A stretch of DNA of 63,395 bases, the filler included. It is 9 parts of 9 records of this genome, joined end to end, with 100 filler letters (N's around TTAATTAATTAA, not from the genome) between each part and the next. Parts side by side here need not be neighbours in the genome. Positions count along the whole stretch, not along the records: positions 1 to 5,541 come from SRR31147125_25789; positions 5,642 to 13,477 come from SRR31147125_25817; 7 more parts are not named here. One strand, given 5' to 3'. The notes under the pieces were generated by a model. The model did no database searches, was not told the DNA's origin, and was given only the letters and a program-made list of their open reading frames with translations. Shown piece by piece: positions 1-11,691 of the stretch; the first letter of the stretch is position 1; every line of letters begins with the position of its first letter. Made by a program: the position numbers and the translations under genes.

Positions 1-1562
1 GAAATACCAAAGGTTCTTAAAAGTTTGGGAGCTATTTCTCCAGTTTCTTCGTAAGCATCCAATATATCTTTGCCACCATTTCCACAATCATAAAAATCAG
101 AGAGTTCCTTTGCCCAATAATCTATTTCATCTTCCCGATCACGTTTACTATTCCAGGCATAGCGACCCCATGTTTTATACCAAATCCAATCTCGATCTAC
201 TTGCTTTATCCTTGGAGAAGCTTTATCTGCGGTATATGGCCAGTCCCAATAGGAAGTTTGCGGGTATAAATGCAAGCCATTAGCCCCTTGAATATTGTGC
301 ATAGCCAAAGTACTCTTTTGAATGAAATCCGGCGATCCATAACGGAAAGGCTCCAGGTTAGCCAATATATGCACATTTGAAATATGAATTGAACCTAATT
401 TACTCATGCTTTGCGGAATCGTTTCCCATGAATCACGGGGTGTGTAAGTCGTTAAGGACTCCCCATTATACTTCGACATGGTGTAAAGATTCTTGTATTT
501 CGGCAAAGCTGCGTTCATTACTTTTTCACCATCGGTATCATGGCCACGTAAAACAATAGGAGGTTCATTGGTAATTCCTAGTTCTTTAAGTCCGTCCTGA
601 ACACCCGGAATAATCGTTTCATTAAACCATTCCACATCATCTTCAATGGTATGCATGGCCTCACCTAAACATACAAGCAAACCTACGTTTGGATATTTCT
701 CAATAAAAGCAGCAACCGATTTCCTGGTATAATCAGAGATTAATGGAGTAATAGGCCTACTACGACTTTGCGTTTTAATATTGTGATGCTCAGCAAACGG
801 CTTTGAAAGAATGATATTATAAAACATTTGTATCACCCAGATACCCCGCTTGTTTGCCTCAGCCGTAATAAAGCCAAACATCTCTTCGTTAAGCTTGAAC
901 GTTTCATCATCTACTTCAACAGCATAAGGGTAATCATCCAGTTTCACCAATGATGCAAAAGGATGCCCGTTCCACAAATACAAGGAGTTATATCGATTAT
1001 CCACCATCATATCCAGATATTCAATCCAATGTTCCTTATCGTAAAACCAAGGGAAACTCTCTGGAGTATATGGATACTCATAAACATGTCTTCCGGGCAG
1101 ATAGGTCGTTTTCTGCAAGCCAATACAAGTACCTCGCAAAACCATTTCCGGCTGGTCTGTCAAGTCAAGATTCTTTGGAAGTTGACCTTCTTCTTCCAAT
1201 TGGTCAATAAGTTCCAAACAACCATATAACACCCCACTTTGATCAGCCCCACCAATAAGAATTGTGTTATTTTCTGATTTCAGGACAAATCCTTCTTTAG
1301 CAATGCTATCAGATTTAATACCTGTCAATAATGAAGATTCCAACAAGCCAAGCAGAATTTGTTGATCAGCAGTTTCCAACAGTTGATCAGACTTCTGCAC
1401 AGTGTATCCATGCTCCTGCAAAGCATTCGTTAGTTTTTCTACTGCAAATTTTTCACGTGGGGTTTGTTCTTCTGTTACGATTATTACATTTCCTTTTTGG
1501 TTACAGGAGACTACAAAAAAGAGGAGAATTGACAATAATGTTAATCCGAAAGTTTTATTCAT
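1..1562 (-). CDS. GH138-like alpha-galacturonidase (RG-II), lipoprotein; 3' end runs off the window
   Basis: Not in the ORF track because there is no stop in the window. Hand translation: MNKTFGLTLLSILLFFVVSC (lipobox)...YEYPYTPESFPWFYDK...NSLYLWNGHPFASLV...VCLGEAM...KYNGESLTT...HILANLEPFRY, motifs I recall from Bacteroides GH138 (BT0997-type). Confidence 0.75.
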   Translation of the reverse strand, partial: MNKTFGLTLLSILLFFVVSCNQKGNVIIVTEEQTPREKFAVEKLTNALQEHGYTVQKSDQLLETADQQILLGLLESSLLTGIKSDSIAKEGFVLKSENNTILIGGADQSGVLYGCLELIDQLEEEGQLPKNLDLTDQPEMVLRGTCIGLQKTTYLPGRHVYEYPYTPESFPWFYDKEHWIEYLDMMVDNRYNSLYLWNGHPFASLVKLDDYPYAVEVDDETFKLNEEMFGFITAEANKRGIWVIQMFYNIILSKPFAEHHNIKTQSRSRPITPLISDYTRKSVAAFIEKYPNVGLLVCLGEAMHTIEDDVEWFNETIIPGVQDGLKELGITNEPPIVLRGHDTDGEKVMNAALPKYKNLYTMSKYNGESLTTYTPRDSWETIPQSMSKLGSIHISNVHILANLEPFRYGSPDFIQKSTLAMHNIQGANGLHLYPQTSYWDWPYTADKASPRIKQVDRDWIWYKTWGRYAWNSKRDREDEIDYWAKELSDFYDCGNGGKDILDAYEETGEIAPKLLRTFGI

Positions 1563-1596
1563 CGATTTATGATTTTTCTGATAGGTTTTAATTTTT

Positions 1597-4427
1597 TTAA
1601 TCTGCTAAAAAGTTAAAATACAACGCCATTGTTTTACACCTACGCCTCCAATGATCGAACGGGCCGAAATCAAAGAACTGGTTCTTTTGTCCGGAAGGTC
1701 CCATATTAAACGAATCGTTCGTTTTACTACCCATTGCAGAAATGGCATGCATAAATGAAATATCGCCATCAGGGAAAGGAGGTGCTAATCGACGCTCAAA
1801 AGGCTCTGGTTGCTCAGGAGTATAAAGTCTAAGAAATACATCTTCTGAAGCTGTTGCAACAGTAAAGGATTGCTCCTTGCTTTTTATTTCTGCCCAATAT
1901 AGATTGGAATGATAACCCTTAAACTCAGGGTATATTAGCGGAGGAACACCTGTCATTGTGTTATTGTAATCTTTTTCGTGTACGCCTAACTCCACACCAT
2001 GGATGCGGTTTTTCCAAACACGGTAAGGTCCATGCCCCATCCACTTCACGCCTTCAACAAGTTCTTCCGGATACGAAAAGTTTACCCCCATGTACTCAAA
2101 AGGCACATCGTATACTTCAGGTAAATAATAAATATCAAGTTTTGCCAGCCCTGAAGGATAAAATGACCAGGTGAACTCTTTCATTCTTGATTTTTTTCGA
2201 AAGTGCATGTCATCATTAGGGTATCCTTATTCATATTGACAGACATTTTCTTAAAGATTGTTTTTCCTGCGCAAATTACCGGGCCATTGTTAAAAGGAAT
2301 TTCACCTTTGTTATTTACTACTTTCTTTAAAATCCCATCTGATTTCCCAATCGTATATTCAACATCTCCGGCTTTTACAACATAAACAGAGTCTGTTTCA
2401 GTATACTCAACTGTACCAGATTTTGTATGTTCATTCATGATTTCTTCAACAACATCTTTAGGCAAAGCAATAGGCCAGCTCCAAGTATACAATTCATTCC
2501 CAGTGCGATCAGTTGCCGTAACATACAAAACATCAAATGACATCCAATCATCAGGTAAATTTAAATTCAGATGACCTTTTTGCCGGGGTTCAAGATTAGG
2601 GGAAATAGCAACACCTGTTTTCTTCTTTTGATCGTTCATTTCTCCTGAATAATTGAGTTGTTCCAACTCCCAGGTGAATTTGCATTCTTTCAGGTTTGTA
2701 TATAGGTAGCGATTCTCCAGATATAATTTTTTGTCGAAGTCAGCGGTAATATTTCGATTTTCGAATACAACCGGCGACCAAATCTCTTTAATCGCAAAAT
2801 AACTTCCTTCTTTTTCATGAAACGGTCCTAAAATCCCATCTGCCCCTTTTGAATTATATGTGTCCAGCTTTCCATCTAAATCCAATCGAACCACTCCCTG
2901 GTCGGCAAAATCCCAAATAAAACCTCCGGCTGCAATTGGGGTTTTCCACATTTGCTCCCAGTAATCGTACAAAGCAGAACCTTGCCCTCCATCGTGCATC
3001 CCATGCAAAAACTCAGTTGGCAAAACAATGTTGCGGCCATGCCAAAATGTACCTGCTCCATAGTCGTAGCCACGGTAATGCTCAGTTGAAAAACCGTTGA
3101 ACGATTGCCAAGGCTGTAGCACTTCCCTTTTTTGTATATCATATTTTGCGTACAATGGCAGAAGTTCCTCATTATGCCCTCCTTCATTTCCATTGTCCCA
3201 TAAAATTATAGAAGGGTGATTAACATCCCTCAGGATCATTTCTTTCACCAGCTTGCCCCCAACTTCAGTATCGTAGGCATCATGCCATCCGGTAAGCTCA
3301 TTCAAAACAAAAAGCCCCAGCGAATCACAAACATCCAGAAAATGTGAATCCGGTGGATAATGCGCCATGCGCACACCATTCATATTCATACTTTTGATGG
3401 TCAACACATCTTCAATGCTCCTGGCTTTGCTGGATGCCCTTCCGGTAGTTGGCCAAAAGGTATGTCGATTGACCCCCTTGATTTTAATTTTCACACCATT
3501 CACATAAATACCATCCCGCTTTCTAACCTCAATGGTTCTGAAGCCAAAACGTTCGGTATGCTCATGGATAACTTTGTTCTTTTTTTGTAATTGAAATTTG
3601 GCCTTGTATAAATTTGGGAATTCAGGATTCCAGCTTTTTATATTTTCAACTTTACCTTTCAGAGAAACTTTCTTTTCTCCTTTTTTTAAAGCAATAGAAA
3701 AGCTTTCCCCAATATTTTCATTATCCAAGGAAACGATCTGGGCATTAAGCTGGTCAGCATTTTTTATATTCTCCAGAAATACCTCTGAAACGAAAGTACC
3801 ATCTGCCCTGGCATCAATGGCAACTCTTTTAATATTTTCAACAGGCTTAACTTCAAGCCATACAGGACGAAAAATCCCACCAAATATCCAGAAATCAGAA
3901 TAACGCTCAGCCTTGTTCACAGACGTATTGGATGAATGCTTATCAACTTTCACCTCTAAAAGGTTGGCTTTTCCATATTTCAACAAAGAAGAAATATTGT
4001 ACCTAAATTGATAAAATGCCCCCTGATGAATTTCTCCGGCAAGCTTACCATTGATTTTCAATTCGGTATCAGTCATTGAACCATCAAACACAATTTCAAC
4101 CTGACTTCCCTTCCAGTTTGAAGGAACATCAAAACCGTATTTATAAAGTCCTGATTCCTTACCTCTGTCTTCATCTTTTGCATGTCCATAGTTGTATTTC
4201 CCAAAGCCTTCACACTCCCAATTGGAAGGCACCGGAATACTAGTCCATTCTCCAGAGTTCATTCCTTCAGTACAAAAGAACTCCCACTCAACAGTATTAT
4301 CTGCTCCAGTTCCCGACAAGTATACTTTTTCGGTTGCTTGTGCATAAGAGCCAATATGGGCACAACACAATACAACCCCAATCAAAATCAATTTTAATCC
4401 TACATTCATATTTTTATTTTTTCTCAC
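1597..4427 (-). CDS. GH2 beta-galactosidase-type glycosidase, split by one frameshift near 2181-2208
   Basis: GH2 motifs GGIFRPVWL, KGVNRH, RMAHYP, WDNGNE, GGFIWDFADQG in 2181..4427. The C-terminal Bgal_small-like part is in 1597..2208. The break lies at a T7 run. Confidence 0.85.
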
Positions 4428-4676
4428 ATAATAACTTGCACTCTAAAACATCTCTTGCCTCTAATAAAAAAGAAAGAGATTCCTTTAAAATGTACTAAGC
4501 TATTTCCACTTTTTTCTGAAATGCATTTAAGCATTCACCCCTATTTAATCTGTAAACTTTTTAATCAATCCAATAAATACTCCATTCAATTCAACAAAAC
4601 ACTTAATCGATGAGTGTAACAACACTTCAACTGAAGTTGATATTTTGTAATGATTCCTACTATTCTCTTTAAATAT

Positions 4677-5541
4677 TTATTTCCAAGCCAGTATGCATTT
4701 ACCAATGCCATAAAATATTTTATTCTCAAGGTTCATTAACGATGTGTAAACCACTGTAAAAGTACCGTCATCTTCTTCTATTGCACATAGTGGAGTTCTC
4801 ATAGAATGGTCACCATCTTTTCCCCACAAATCATCTTCTTTTTGCACCTTAACACGGACTTCTTTTCCCCAATTTACACCATCATCAGACAAGCTATAGC
4901 CTATTTCCTGATTTCCATACGAATCAAAAACAGCTAAGTATTTTCCATTTTTCAACCTGGAAACAACAGGATTTTCCATAAAATAATCAACAATTGGTAC
5001 AGGATTATACTCTTCTGGCATTCTTTCCCAAGGACCATTTAAATCCTTGGCAGTTGCCAGACCTGTTGGCCATCCTCCGCGTGGCTTGTGGTTGTGGCCA
5101 TCGTAAAATGCATACCACTGCTCTTTTACTTTCCAGGGATTGAAACTCGCAACAGCTTGTTGTCCCTCCCAATCCTGAGAATTTTCATCTGGCTGAAGCA
5201 CTATTTCCATGTCAGCATAAGGTCCGGCAATTCCATCAATTCCAGTATATACAGACTTTGCACGCCAAATGCGACCGCAATAATCTGCTCCGGCAATTTC
5301 TCCTTTTTCAGCATCACCTGCACGATAGGCAACGTAAAAAATATTCCATGCATTTTCATTTTCGTTAAATTCCACCCCTGTCATCCAAAGCTCTGATCTT
5401 GGGTTTGTGGGCGACCTCTCGGGAATACTTTCAAATATTGAGGTTTGCCGCTCCCAATTCACAGCATCAGTACTTGTCCAATAAGAAATACGCATATCTC
5501 TATGAGGGCGAATAAACATCTCATTTACAAACATGTGATAA
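4677..5541 (-). CDS. Five-bladed beta-propeller glycoside hydrolase-like protein (GH43/32/130-like), 5' truncated
   Basis: Repeats WTSTDAVNWE, ATAKDLNGPWE and SLSDDGVNW, plus ENPVV; lies in a glycosidase cluster. Confidence 0.5.
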
Positions 5542-5641
5542 NNNNNNNNNNNNNNNNNNNNNNNNNNNNNNNNNNNNNNNNNNNNTTAATTAATTAANNN
5601 NNNNNNNNNNNNNNNNNNNNNNNNNNNNNNNNNNNNNNNNN
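5542..5641. other. Artificial contig linker
   Basis: N44-TTAATTAATTAA-N44 (stops in all frames); composition changes across it. Confidence 0.98.
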
Positions 5642-5948
5642 GGCTGGAGCGATGATGGGGGTCAACCGGGTACGCGGAACCTTTGCCGTACTGCTGCCAG
5701 CAGCGATGCCGCACATTATGACCGGGTTGCGATTGGGGTTGGGAATCTCATGGGCTTACCTGGTTCTGGGGGAGCTGACCGGAGTGCCGAACGGCCTTGG
5801 TGCAGTGATTATGGATGCTCGGATGCTGGGACGCATCGATATTATTATCGTCGGGATTATCCTGATCGCTTTGATCGGACGCTGCTCCGACTCCCTCCTG
5901 CATTGGCTGCTCAAGGTCTGTTTCAAAAGTGCCAGGAGAACCGCATGA
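5642..5948 (+). CDS. NitT/TauT/SsuC-family ABC permease, C-terminal part
   Basis: LPAAMPHIMTGLRLGLGISWAYLVLGEL...GLG motif. Confidence 0.85.
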
Positions 5949-6736
5949 GCCGACACCTGAAAGTTATTTCTACGGAGAAACCGGCGCTTGAGCGGCCTGT
6001 GTCTTTGGAGATTGAACGCCTGCAGAAAATTTTTGACGGGGGTGGAAATGCGCTAAAAACCGTCCTTCAGGATGTCAGCTTCGAGGTCAAGCAGGGTGAG
6101 CTGATCTGCCTCCTCGGTCGTAGTGGCTGTGGCAAGACAACCCTGCTGAATCTGCTGGCCGGTTTTATGACACCGACCCGGGGGCAGGTGAAACTGAACG
6201 GGCAGCAGGTCCGCAAGCCTGGTCCGGAGCGCTGTGTCGTGTTTCAGGAAGATGCCCTCTTCCCCTGGTTGACGGTGCGTGAAAATATTGCCTTTGGCTT
6301 AACCGGTCAATCTTTATCTCGGGCTGACAAAGACAAGGCAATCGACCGTTTTTTGGATCTGGTGGGGCTCACGGAGTTTGCGGCCTACCTGCCGAGTGAA
6401 ATCTCCGGGGGCATGAAGCAGCGGGTTGCTCTGGCCCGAGTCCTGATCCTCCAGCCGCAGGTCCTGCTGATGGATGAACCCTTTGCCGCTCTCGATGCTC
6501 AGACACGCGACGAGATGCAGGCGCTGGTTCTTGACCTCTGGAGCCAACTGTCCCACACCATCCTGTTTGTGACCCACGATGTCACTGAGGCAGTGTTGTT
6601 GGCAGACCGGATCATTCTCATGGACAAAGATCCGGGCCGGATCAAAGAGGATATCCACATCGACCTGTCACGCCCTCGCAGCAAGGATGACCCCGCCTTT
6701 TCGGAGCTCTGCCAGATGATCCGAAGCAAGATCTGA
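5945..6736 (+). CDS. NitT/TauT/SsuB-family ABC ATPase
   Basis: Walker A GRSGCGKTT, signature ISGGMKQR, Walker B LLMDEPF, VTHD. The likely start ATG at 5945 overlaps the permease stop. Confidence 0.92.
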   Translation: MSRHLKVISTEKPALERPVSLEIERLQKIFDGGGNALKTVLQDVSFEVKQGELICLLGRSGCGKTTLLNLLAGFMTPTRGQVKLNGQQVRKPGPERCVVFQEDALFPWLTVRENIAFGLTGQSLSRADKDKAIDRFLDLVGLTEFAAYLPSEISGGMKQRVALARVLILQPQVLLMDEPFAALDAQTRDEMQALVLDLWSQLSHTILFVTHDVTEAVLLADRIILMDKDPGRIKEDIHIDLSRPRSKDDPAFSELCQMIRSKI

Positions 6737-6747
6737 CAGTCCTCCCT

Positions 6748-7623
6748 TTACAGGTAGTCCGTGATCTTCAGATTTGACAGTCTGGTGCTGACGCTGAGTG
6801 CTGCTTCATAAGCAAGTTCCGTTTGGGTAATGTCACTCATGACCTCGACCAGATCGGTGTCCTGATAGCTTGAGAGTCGCTCTTCCATCTGGAGTTTCAA
6901 ATTCTCCAGCAGGGTCGAAATATCATCCAGGCGACTGTTGATGTTGCCAACTTCGCTCCGCTTTCCACGAACCTGATTGGCTGCTGTTTCCAGATCCGTC
7001 AACGATGTTTCGAGCGCCGTAACGTCACCATTGTCCAGCGCGGATTCCAGGTCGTCCAGAATGGCAAATATATCTGAAGGTGAGGTGAAAACTTCATCAC
7101 CCGTTACGTTGGTCTGGACAGTCATCCCGGCACTGACTTCGACCATTTTATGGTCGCTGGTTCCATTGTAGGTGACAGGGTCTCCGTTAAATGGTTCTGT
7201 CTGGTCTGCGTATCCAGAAAAGAGATATTTCCCATCCACCTGAGCGTTGGCGATGCCAAGCAGCGCAGTTTGTAATTCTTCAACTTCGTCCGCATAGGTT
7301 TGATAATCCTGATCGGTCAGGGTGCCATTAATGGCCGCTGTCGCAATCTCTTTGGGCCGCACCATAATCGCTTCCGCACTGTCGAGATAGCCATCAACAA
7401 TGTCGAGGTTATCTTGAGTGGAACGGGCTGTTTCCAGGTGCCTGTCTGATTTCGTGATCGTGGTTCGTGAACTGAAAACCGAACCGATGGCTGATGGATC
7501 ATCAGAGGCATCGCTTAATTTTTTTCCGGTTGATGCCTGAACATAGAGATCGTTCAGGGCGCTGCTGTTCTGCCCGAGGTTTGCCTGCAGGGTTCGATAG
7601 AGGGCCATTTGAGTTAGTTGCAT
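6748..7623 (-). CDS. flgL: Flagellar hook-associated protein 3
   Basis: STGKKLSDASDDP, GKYLFSG, C-terminal AYEAALSVSTRLSNLKITDYL; follows flgK. Confidence 0.9.
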   Translation of the reverse strand: MQLTQMALYRTLQANLGQNSSALNDLYVQASTGKKLSDASDDPSAIGSVFSSRTTITKSDRHLETARSTQDNLDIVDGYLDSAEAIMVRPKEIATAAINGTLTDQDYQTYADEVEELQTALLGIANAQVDGKYLFSGYADQTEPFNGDPVTYNGTSDHKMVEVSAGMTVQTNVTGDEVFTSPSDIFAILDDLESALDNGDVTALETSLTDLETAANQVRGKRSEVGNINSRLDDISTLLENLKLQMEERLSSYQDTDLVEVMSDITQTELAYEAALSVSTRLSNLKITDYL

Positions 7624-7634
7624 AGTATCCTCAC

Positions 7635-9028
7635 TTAGATGGTCATCAGAATGTCGAGAAGTTCATCGACAGCGGTTAGGTATCGTGCCGCCGCTTCATA
7701 GCCAGACTGGTATTGAACCAACAGCAGCATCTCCTCATCGGTGGAAACCCCTGAGACGGAATCGCGCATGTTCTGAAGCTGGGTCATCGTGTCTTCCGCT
7801 GATTCCAGGGCCGCTGTGTTTTGACTGACTGTCAGGCCAAGATCCGCGACAATGCCGGCAAAATAATCGTTCAGCGTGCTGTTCCCATCGATGACGGATG
7901 TTTCTTGCAGGGCCACCATGTTCAGTGTGTTTTCGTTGTCTCCAGGCTGATTATTCGGTGCTGCTGTCGCTCCGGCAGCAACCTGAGAGGTGTCCGTTAA
8001 TGCCATGGTCAAAGTTGATGCTGCCCCATCCCAGGGATTTGTACCCGCACCGGAATAGGTAAAGAAGTCGGCGCCACTGTTCCCGTCCAGATCGACACCG
8101 CTGTTGTGGATCGCATTCACCGAGGTTGCAACGTTGTAGGCCAGAATATCCAGCTGCTCGGTCAAGTCGGGAATATATTCATCCCGGATCTCCAGCATTC
8201 CACCCAGCTCACCACCGAAAGAGGATCCGCTCAGCTGTTTGGTTGATGCCCCGCTGGTCAGGGTCAGATCCATGACGCCGGAATTCCACTCTGTGTTTAG
8301 AGTGCTGACGGTATCAGCTGTCACCAGCGGCTCACCACCAGCCAGTTGAACCGAGATCATGCCGTTCGCTTCCTCGTAATAGCTGACCCCGGCGATCTCA
8401 GAGACCTCCAATAGAGCCAGATCGCGTTGATCTCGTAATGCATTGGCGGAGATTCCTGTTGATTCGGCGGACACAATCTGAATGTTGAGGTCAGCAATCT
8501 CCTGAAGCTGTTGATTCAGAGTGATAATCTTTCCGTCCAGATCTTCGTTGATACTGTCGGTCACGCTGGCAAGATTGCTGACCATGGTTTGGAAGTCTTC
8601 CGCGAGATTCTCTCCAACTTGCATGACTTGCTGCCGTTCAAGCGATCCCGAGGGATTCTCACTCAGTTCCTGCCAGGCATCGAAGAATTCATCCAATGAT
8701 GTTGAGATGCCACCCTCTTCAACATCAACACTCTGTTCAATTTCAGTCAGGACAATATTCTTTGCGCTCTCTTCACCATAATCGGATGATTTTTGCGTCA
8801 ACTGTTTGTTGACAAAAACATTGGTCTCGCGTGAAATATCACTGATTTGGGCACCGGAACCGATCATCTGGCCACCGTACTCGAGGCTCGGGGTGGACGA
8901 GAGTTCGAGGGTCTGTTTCGAGTATCCTTCGGTGTTGAGATTCGAGACGTTGTTGCCGGCGACCTCAATCCCTTTTGATTGATGGAGAGCCCGTTCGATC
9001 CGATAAATAGAGATGCCGTTAAGCTCAT
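7635..9028 (-). CDS. flgK: Flagellar hook-associated protein 1, frameshift near 8970
   Basis: True N-terminus MSLTASLFIGSNGLSINQKG is in another frame from 9028. It continues GNNVSNLNTEGYSKQ, LRDQRD, SVSGVSTDEEM...YQSGYEAAARY. Confidence 0.9.
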
Positions 9029-9030
9029 GA

Positions 9031-9380
9031 TTAAATCCTTCCCGCGTGGAGAATCCCGGTGTTCCGGAGCTGAACTTTTTGACCTTGGTGTCCATAGCTC
9101 AACGGTGAAATGCTGGTCAGGCATTCGCTCATTGTCTGACGAAAAAAGTTAGCGTGGCATGCAGGAGGCGAGCGTTCCTCCGGTTCTTTTCACGTAACCG
9201 TGCGGCCATTTCTTTCAGTTCGGCCGGGCAGTCACCCTGGAACTTTCGCAATTCGTGCAGCAGCTCACCTTTTTCCTGAAGAGCCTGCAGCTCAGAGACA
9301 TTCAGTCCGATGGCATATTGACGTTCCTGCTCAATCAGCTGTTGCAGTCTGTCCAATGTGTCATAAAGCTCTGTGTTCAT
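9031..9380 (-). CDS. flgN: Flagellar export chaperone FlgN-like, frameshift near 9141-9147
   Basis: Helical protein with LREKNRRNARLL, located between flgE and flgK. The alternative frame continues ...SYGHQGQK...AGRI* to 9031. Confidence 0.65.
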
Positions 9381-9397
9381 ACCGCGCCCTTTTGCGA

Positions 9398-10669
9398 TCA
9401 ACGTTTCAGGTTGATCAGTTCCTGTAACATTTCATCCGTTGTCGTGATGACTTTGGACGACGCTGAATAGCCGTTCTGAATGGTGATCAGATTGACAAAC
9501 TCACTTGCGAGGTCAACATTTGAAAGCTCCAGACTGCTGGTGTAGAGGTATCCCTGCGACGCCCCGGCGGTTCCGACACTGGACGACCCGGATTCTGATG
9601 TCGCCGCATACAGGCTGCCGCCTTCTTTGGAGAGTCCGTCCGGATTGGTGAATGTGGCGAGTGTCAGCATGGCGATATCAATGGTTTCCCCGTTGGAATA
9701 GCTGGCGGCAACGGCTCCACTGCTGTCGATGGAGACTTCGACGACTTCACCCGGAGCGTAGCCGTCCTGGCTCTGTGAGATGACAACGGACGTACTGCTG
9801 AACTGGGTTGTGTCGAAGGACATGGAAATCTCCTGACCTGGATCAGAACCATTGCTCCAGACGATAGATCCGGCCGTTGTGGTTGCTTCTCCACCCGTAA
9901 GGAGATTTCCGGATTCGTCGAACGTCAGAGTGCCACTGCCAATCTCAGTCAGATCGGTCGCCGCTGCTGCAGAGGCATCAAGCTCACTACTGTCTACGGC
10001 TGTGTGCCATTCCCAAGTTTGATCCGCTGTTTTCGTGAAATAAGTCGTCACCAGATGGGTGTCTCCGAGAGAGTCGTAAACCTGAGTCGAGGTTGCGTAG
10101 TTTGACGTGTTTTCGGCGTCCGTTATGTCAAAAGCTGTGATGACATCGGAGCCAGCATCGAGGTTTGTCGTCAGTGTCAGGTTCTCTGTCTGCTGTGCCG
10201 GGATCTGGCTGTCGAAATCGACCGAAATTGTGGTTGGATCGCCCCCCGCGAGCTCGCCGTCACTGCCATAGAGTTTTCCCAGGACCTGATACCCTTCCGC
10301 ATTGACCAGGTAACCGTCGGAATTGAAGCTGAATGACCCGTTGCGGGTGTACAGCGTTTCTTCAGAACCCACTGTGCTGACCATGAAAAAACCGTCACCT
10401 TCGATGGCCAGATCGGTATCACTTGACGTGCTCTGGAAAGATCCCTGACTGAACGTCGTTGAGACGTTAGAAATCTGGACTCCACGCCCAACTTGTGACG
10501 ACCCGCTGGCACTTGAAATGCTCGCGGAGAGAACATCTGAAAAGAGTGTCGAGCTCGACTTGAAGCCGATGGTGTTGCTGTTGGAGATGTTGTTGCCGGT
10601 CACGCTCATCGCTTCCGAGTTGGATTGCAGGCCACTGATGCCGGTATATAGCGTACTTGAAAGTCCCAT
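9398..10669 (-). CDS. flgE: Flagellar hook protein
   Basis: GNNISNSNTIGFK, DLAIEGDGFF, YTRNGSF, VYDSLGDTH, LELSNVDLASEF. Confidence 0.95.
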   Translation of the reverse strand: MGLSSTLYTGISGLQSNSEAMSVTGNNISNSNTIGFKSSSTLFSDVLSASISSASGSSQVGRGVQISNVSTTFSQGSFQSTSSDTDLAIEGDGFFMVSTVGSEETLYTRNGSFSFNSDGYLVNAEGYQVLGKLYGSDGELAGGDPTTISVDFDSQIPAQQTENLTLTTNLDAGSDVITAFDITDAENTSNYATSTQVYDSLGDTHLVTTYFTKTADQTWEWHTAVDSSELDASAAAATDLTEIGSGTLTFDESGNLLTGGEATTTAGSIVWSNGSDPGQEISMSFDTTQFSSTSVVISQSQDGYAPGEVVEVSIDSSGAVAASYSNGETIDIAMLTLATFTNPDGLSKEGGSLYAATSESGSSSVGTAGASQGYLYTSSLELSNVDLASEFVNLITIQNGYSASSKVITTTDEMLQELINLKR

Positions 10670-10690
10670 TTTACTCTCCTTGTGACAGGG

Positions 10691-11002
10691 TCAGGCCGAT
10701 ACGAATGCGACACTGTCAATATTGGTCACAATCTGTTCTTTGAGGGTTTCCTGCCCAAATGCTGTGATAATGATCCGCTTTGCTACACTGATGACGAGTG
10801 CCGTCTGACCGACCATCACCAACGCTGATTGGCAGCCTTTTTGCGCCAGGGAATCGACGGTCATGGCCACATCGGCATAGATGTTTTCAGTCAGTTCAAT
10901 GTTACGTTGTTTCAGACGCTCACTCGCATGACGTGAAAAGCGCAGGGTTGCCGTGTCTGACGATGTGCAGATCGATCGCTGAGGTTTGTTATGTGTCATC
11001 AC
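10691..11002 (-). CDS. Small flagellar operon protein (TIGR02530-like)
   Basis: LRFSRHASERLKQRNI...IITA...IVTNIDSV; typical position between flgD and flgE. Confidence 0.75.
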   Translation of the reverse strand: MMTHNKPQRSICTSSDTATLRFSRHASERLKQRNIELTENIYADVAMTVDSLAQKGCQSALVMVGQTALVISVAKRIIITAFGQETLKEQIVTNIDSVAFVSA

Positions 11003-11010
11003 TTTGCCCC

Positions 11011-11664
11011 TTAGCTTGTTGAGACGGATCTGATGTTGTTCAGATCAAAAGAGCCCTGGTCTGTTTCCAGCAGGGTTCCGTCGCTGGTGTCGACTCCAGA
11101 GACAAGCGCGCGTTGCAAAGAGGCCAGACTCTCACTGCTTTCTTCGTTGTAAATCGCTGTGATATGACAGGAATAAGTCCCGCTGGCGAGCTCATTTCCG
11201 TCGTTATCCAGTCCATCCCAAGTGACAAAAGAGGTCCCTGTTGGCACATCATCGATGTCAATGGTTGAAACGACGCTGCCATCGGCATCCACAATCGTCA
11301 GATTGACAGTTTCCGCTGCAGAATCGAGGGAGAATCCGAGCTCAACAGGGTCGCCCGACAGGGAGAAAGAATCCTCTTCCATAACGATGGTCTGCCCGAG
11401 GAGATTTAAAGCAGACAGCTGCTCGACGGCCTGATTCGTTGACAGGAGCGAATCCAGCTTCTCATTGGTTGTAATCTGTTGTTCGAGGGAGCTGAATTGG
11501 GCAATTTGAGCGATAAACTCTGTGTTGTCCTGTGGCTCCAGGGGATCCTGGTTTTCCAACTGGGCAACCAGCAGGGTGAGAAAGTCCTCCTGGCCGAGGC
11601 TATTGCTGCTTGATGTGCTTGTATAGCTACTGAACGTATCGCTACTGACACTGGAAATTGACAT
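11011..11664 (-). CDS. flgD: Flagellar hook capping protein
   Basis: [40 protein letters not shown] and WDGLDNDG. Confidence 0.95.
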   Translation of the reverse strand: MSISSVSSDTFSSYTSTSSSNSLGQEDFLTLLVAQLENQDPLEPQDNTEFIAQIAQFSSLEQQITTNEKLDSLLSTNQAVEQLSALNLLGQTIVMEEDSFSLSGDPVELGFSLDSAAETVNLTIVDADGSVVSTIDIDDVPTGTSFVTWDGLDNDGNELASGTYSCHITAIYNEESSESLASLQRALVSGVDTSDGTLLETDQGSFDLNNIRSVSTS

Positions 11665-11691
11665 GCTGCTCTCCTTTTTGGAATCGGTCTT

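Noticed and set aside
377-1591. Short plus-strand ORFs here, and similar overlapping ORFs throughout the track
   Set aside because: They are antisense or off-frame shadows of well-supported genes and carry no recognisable motifs.
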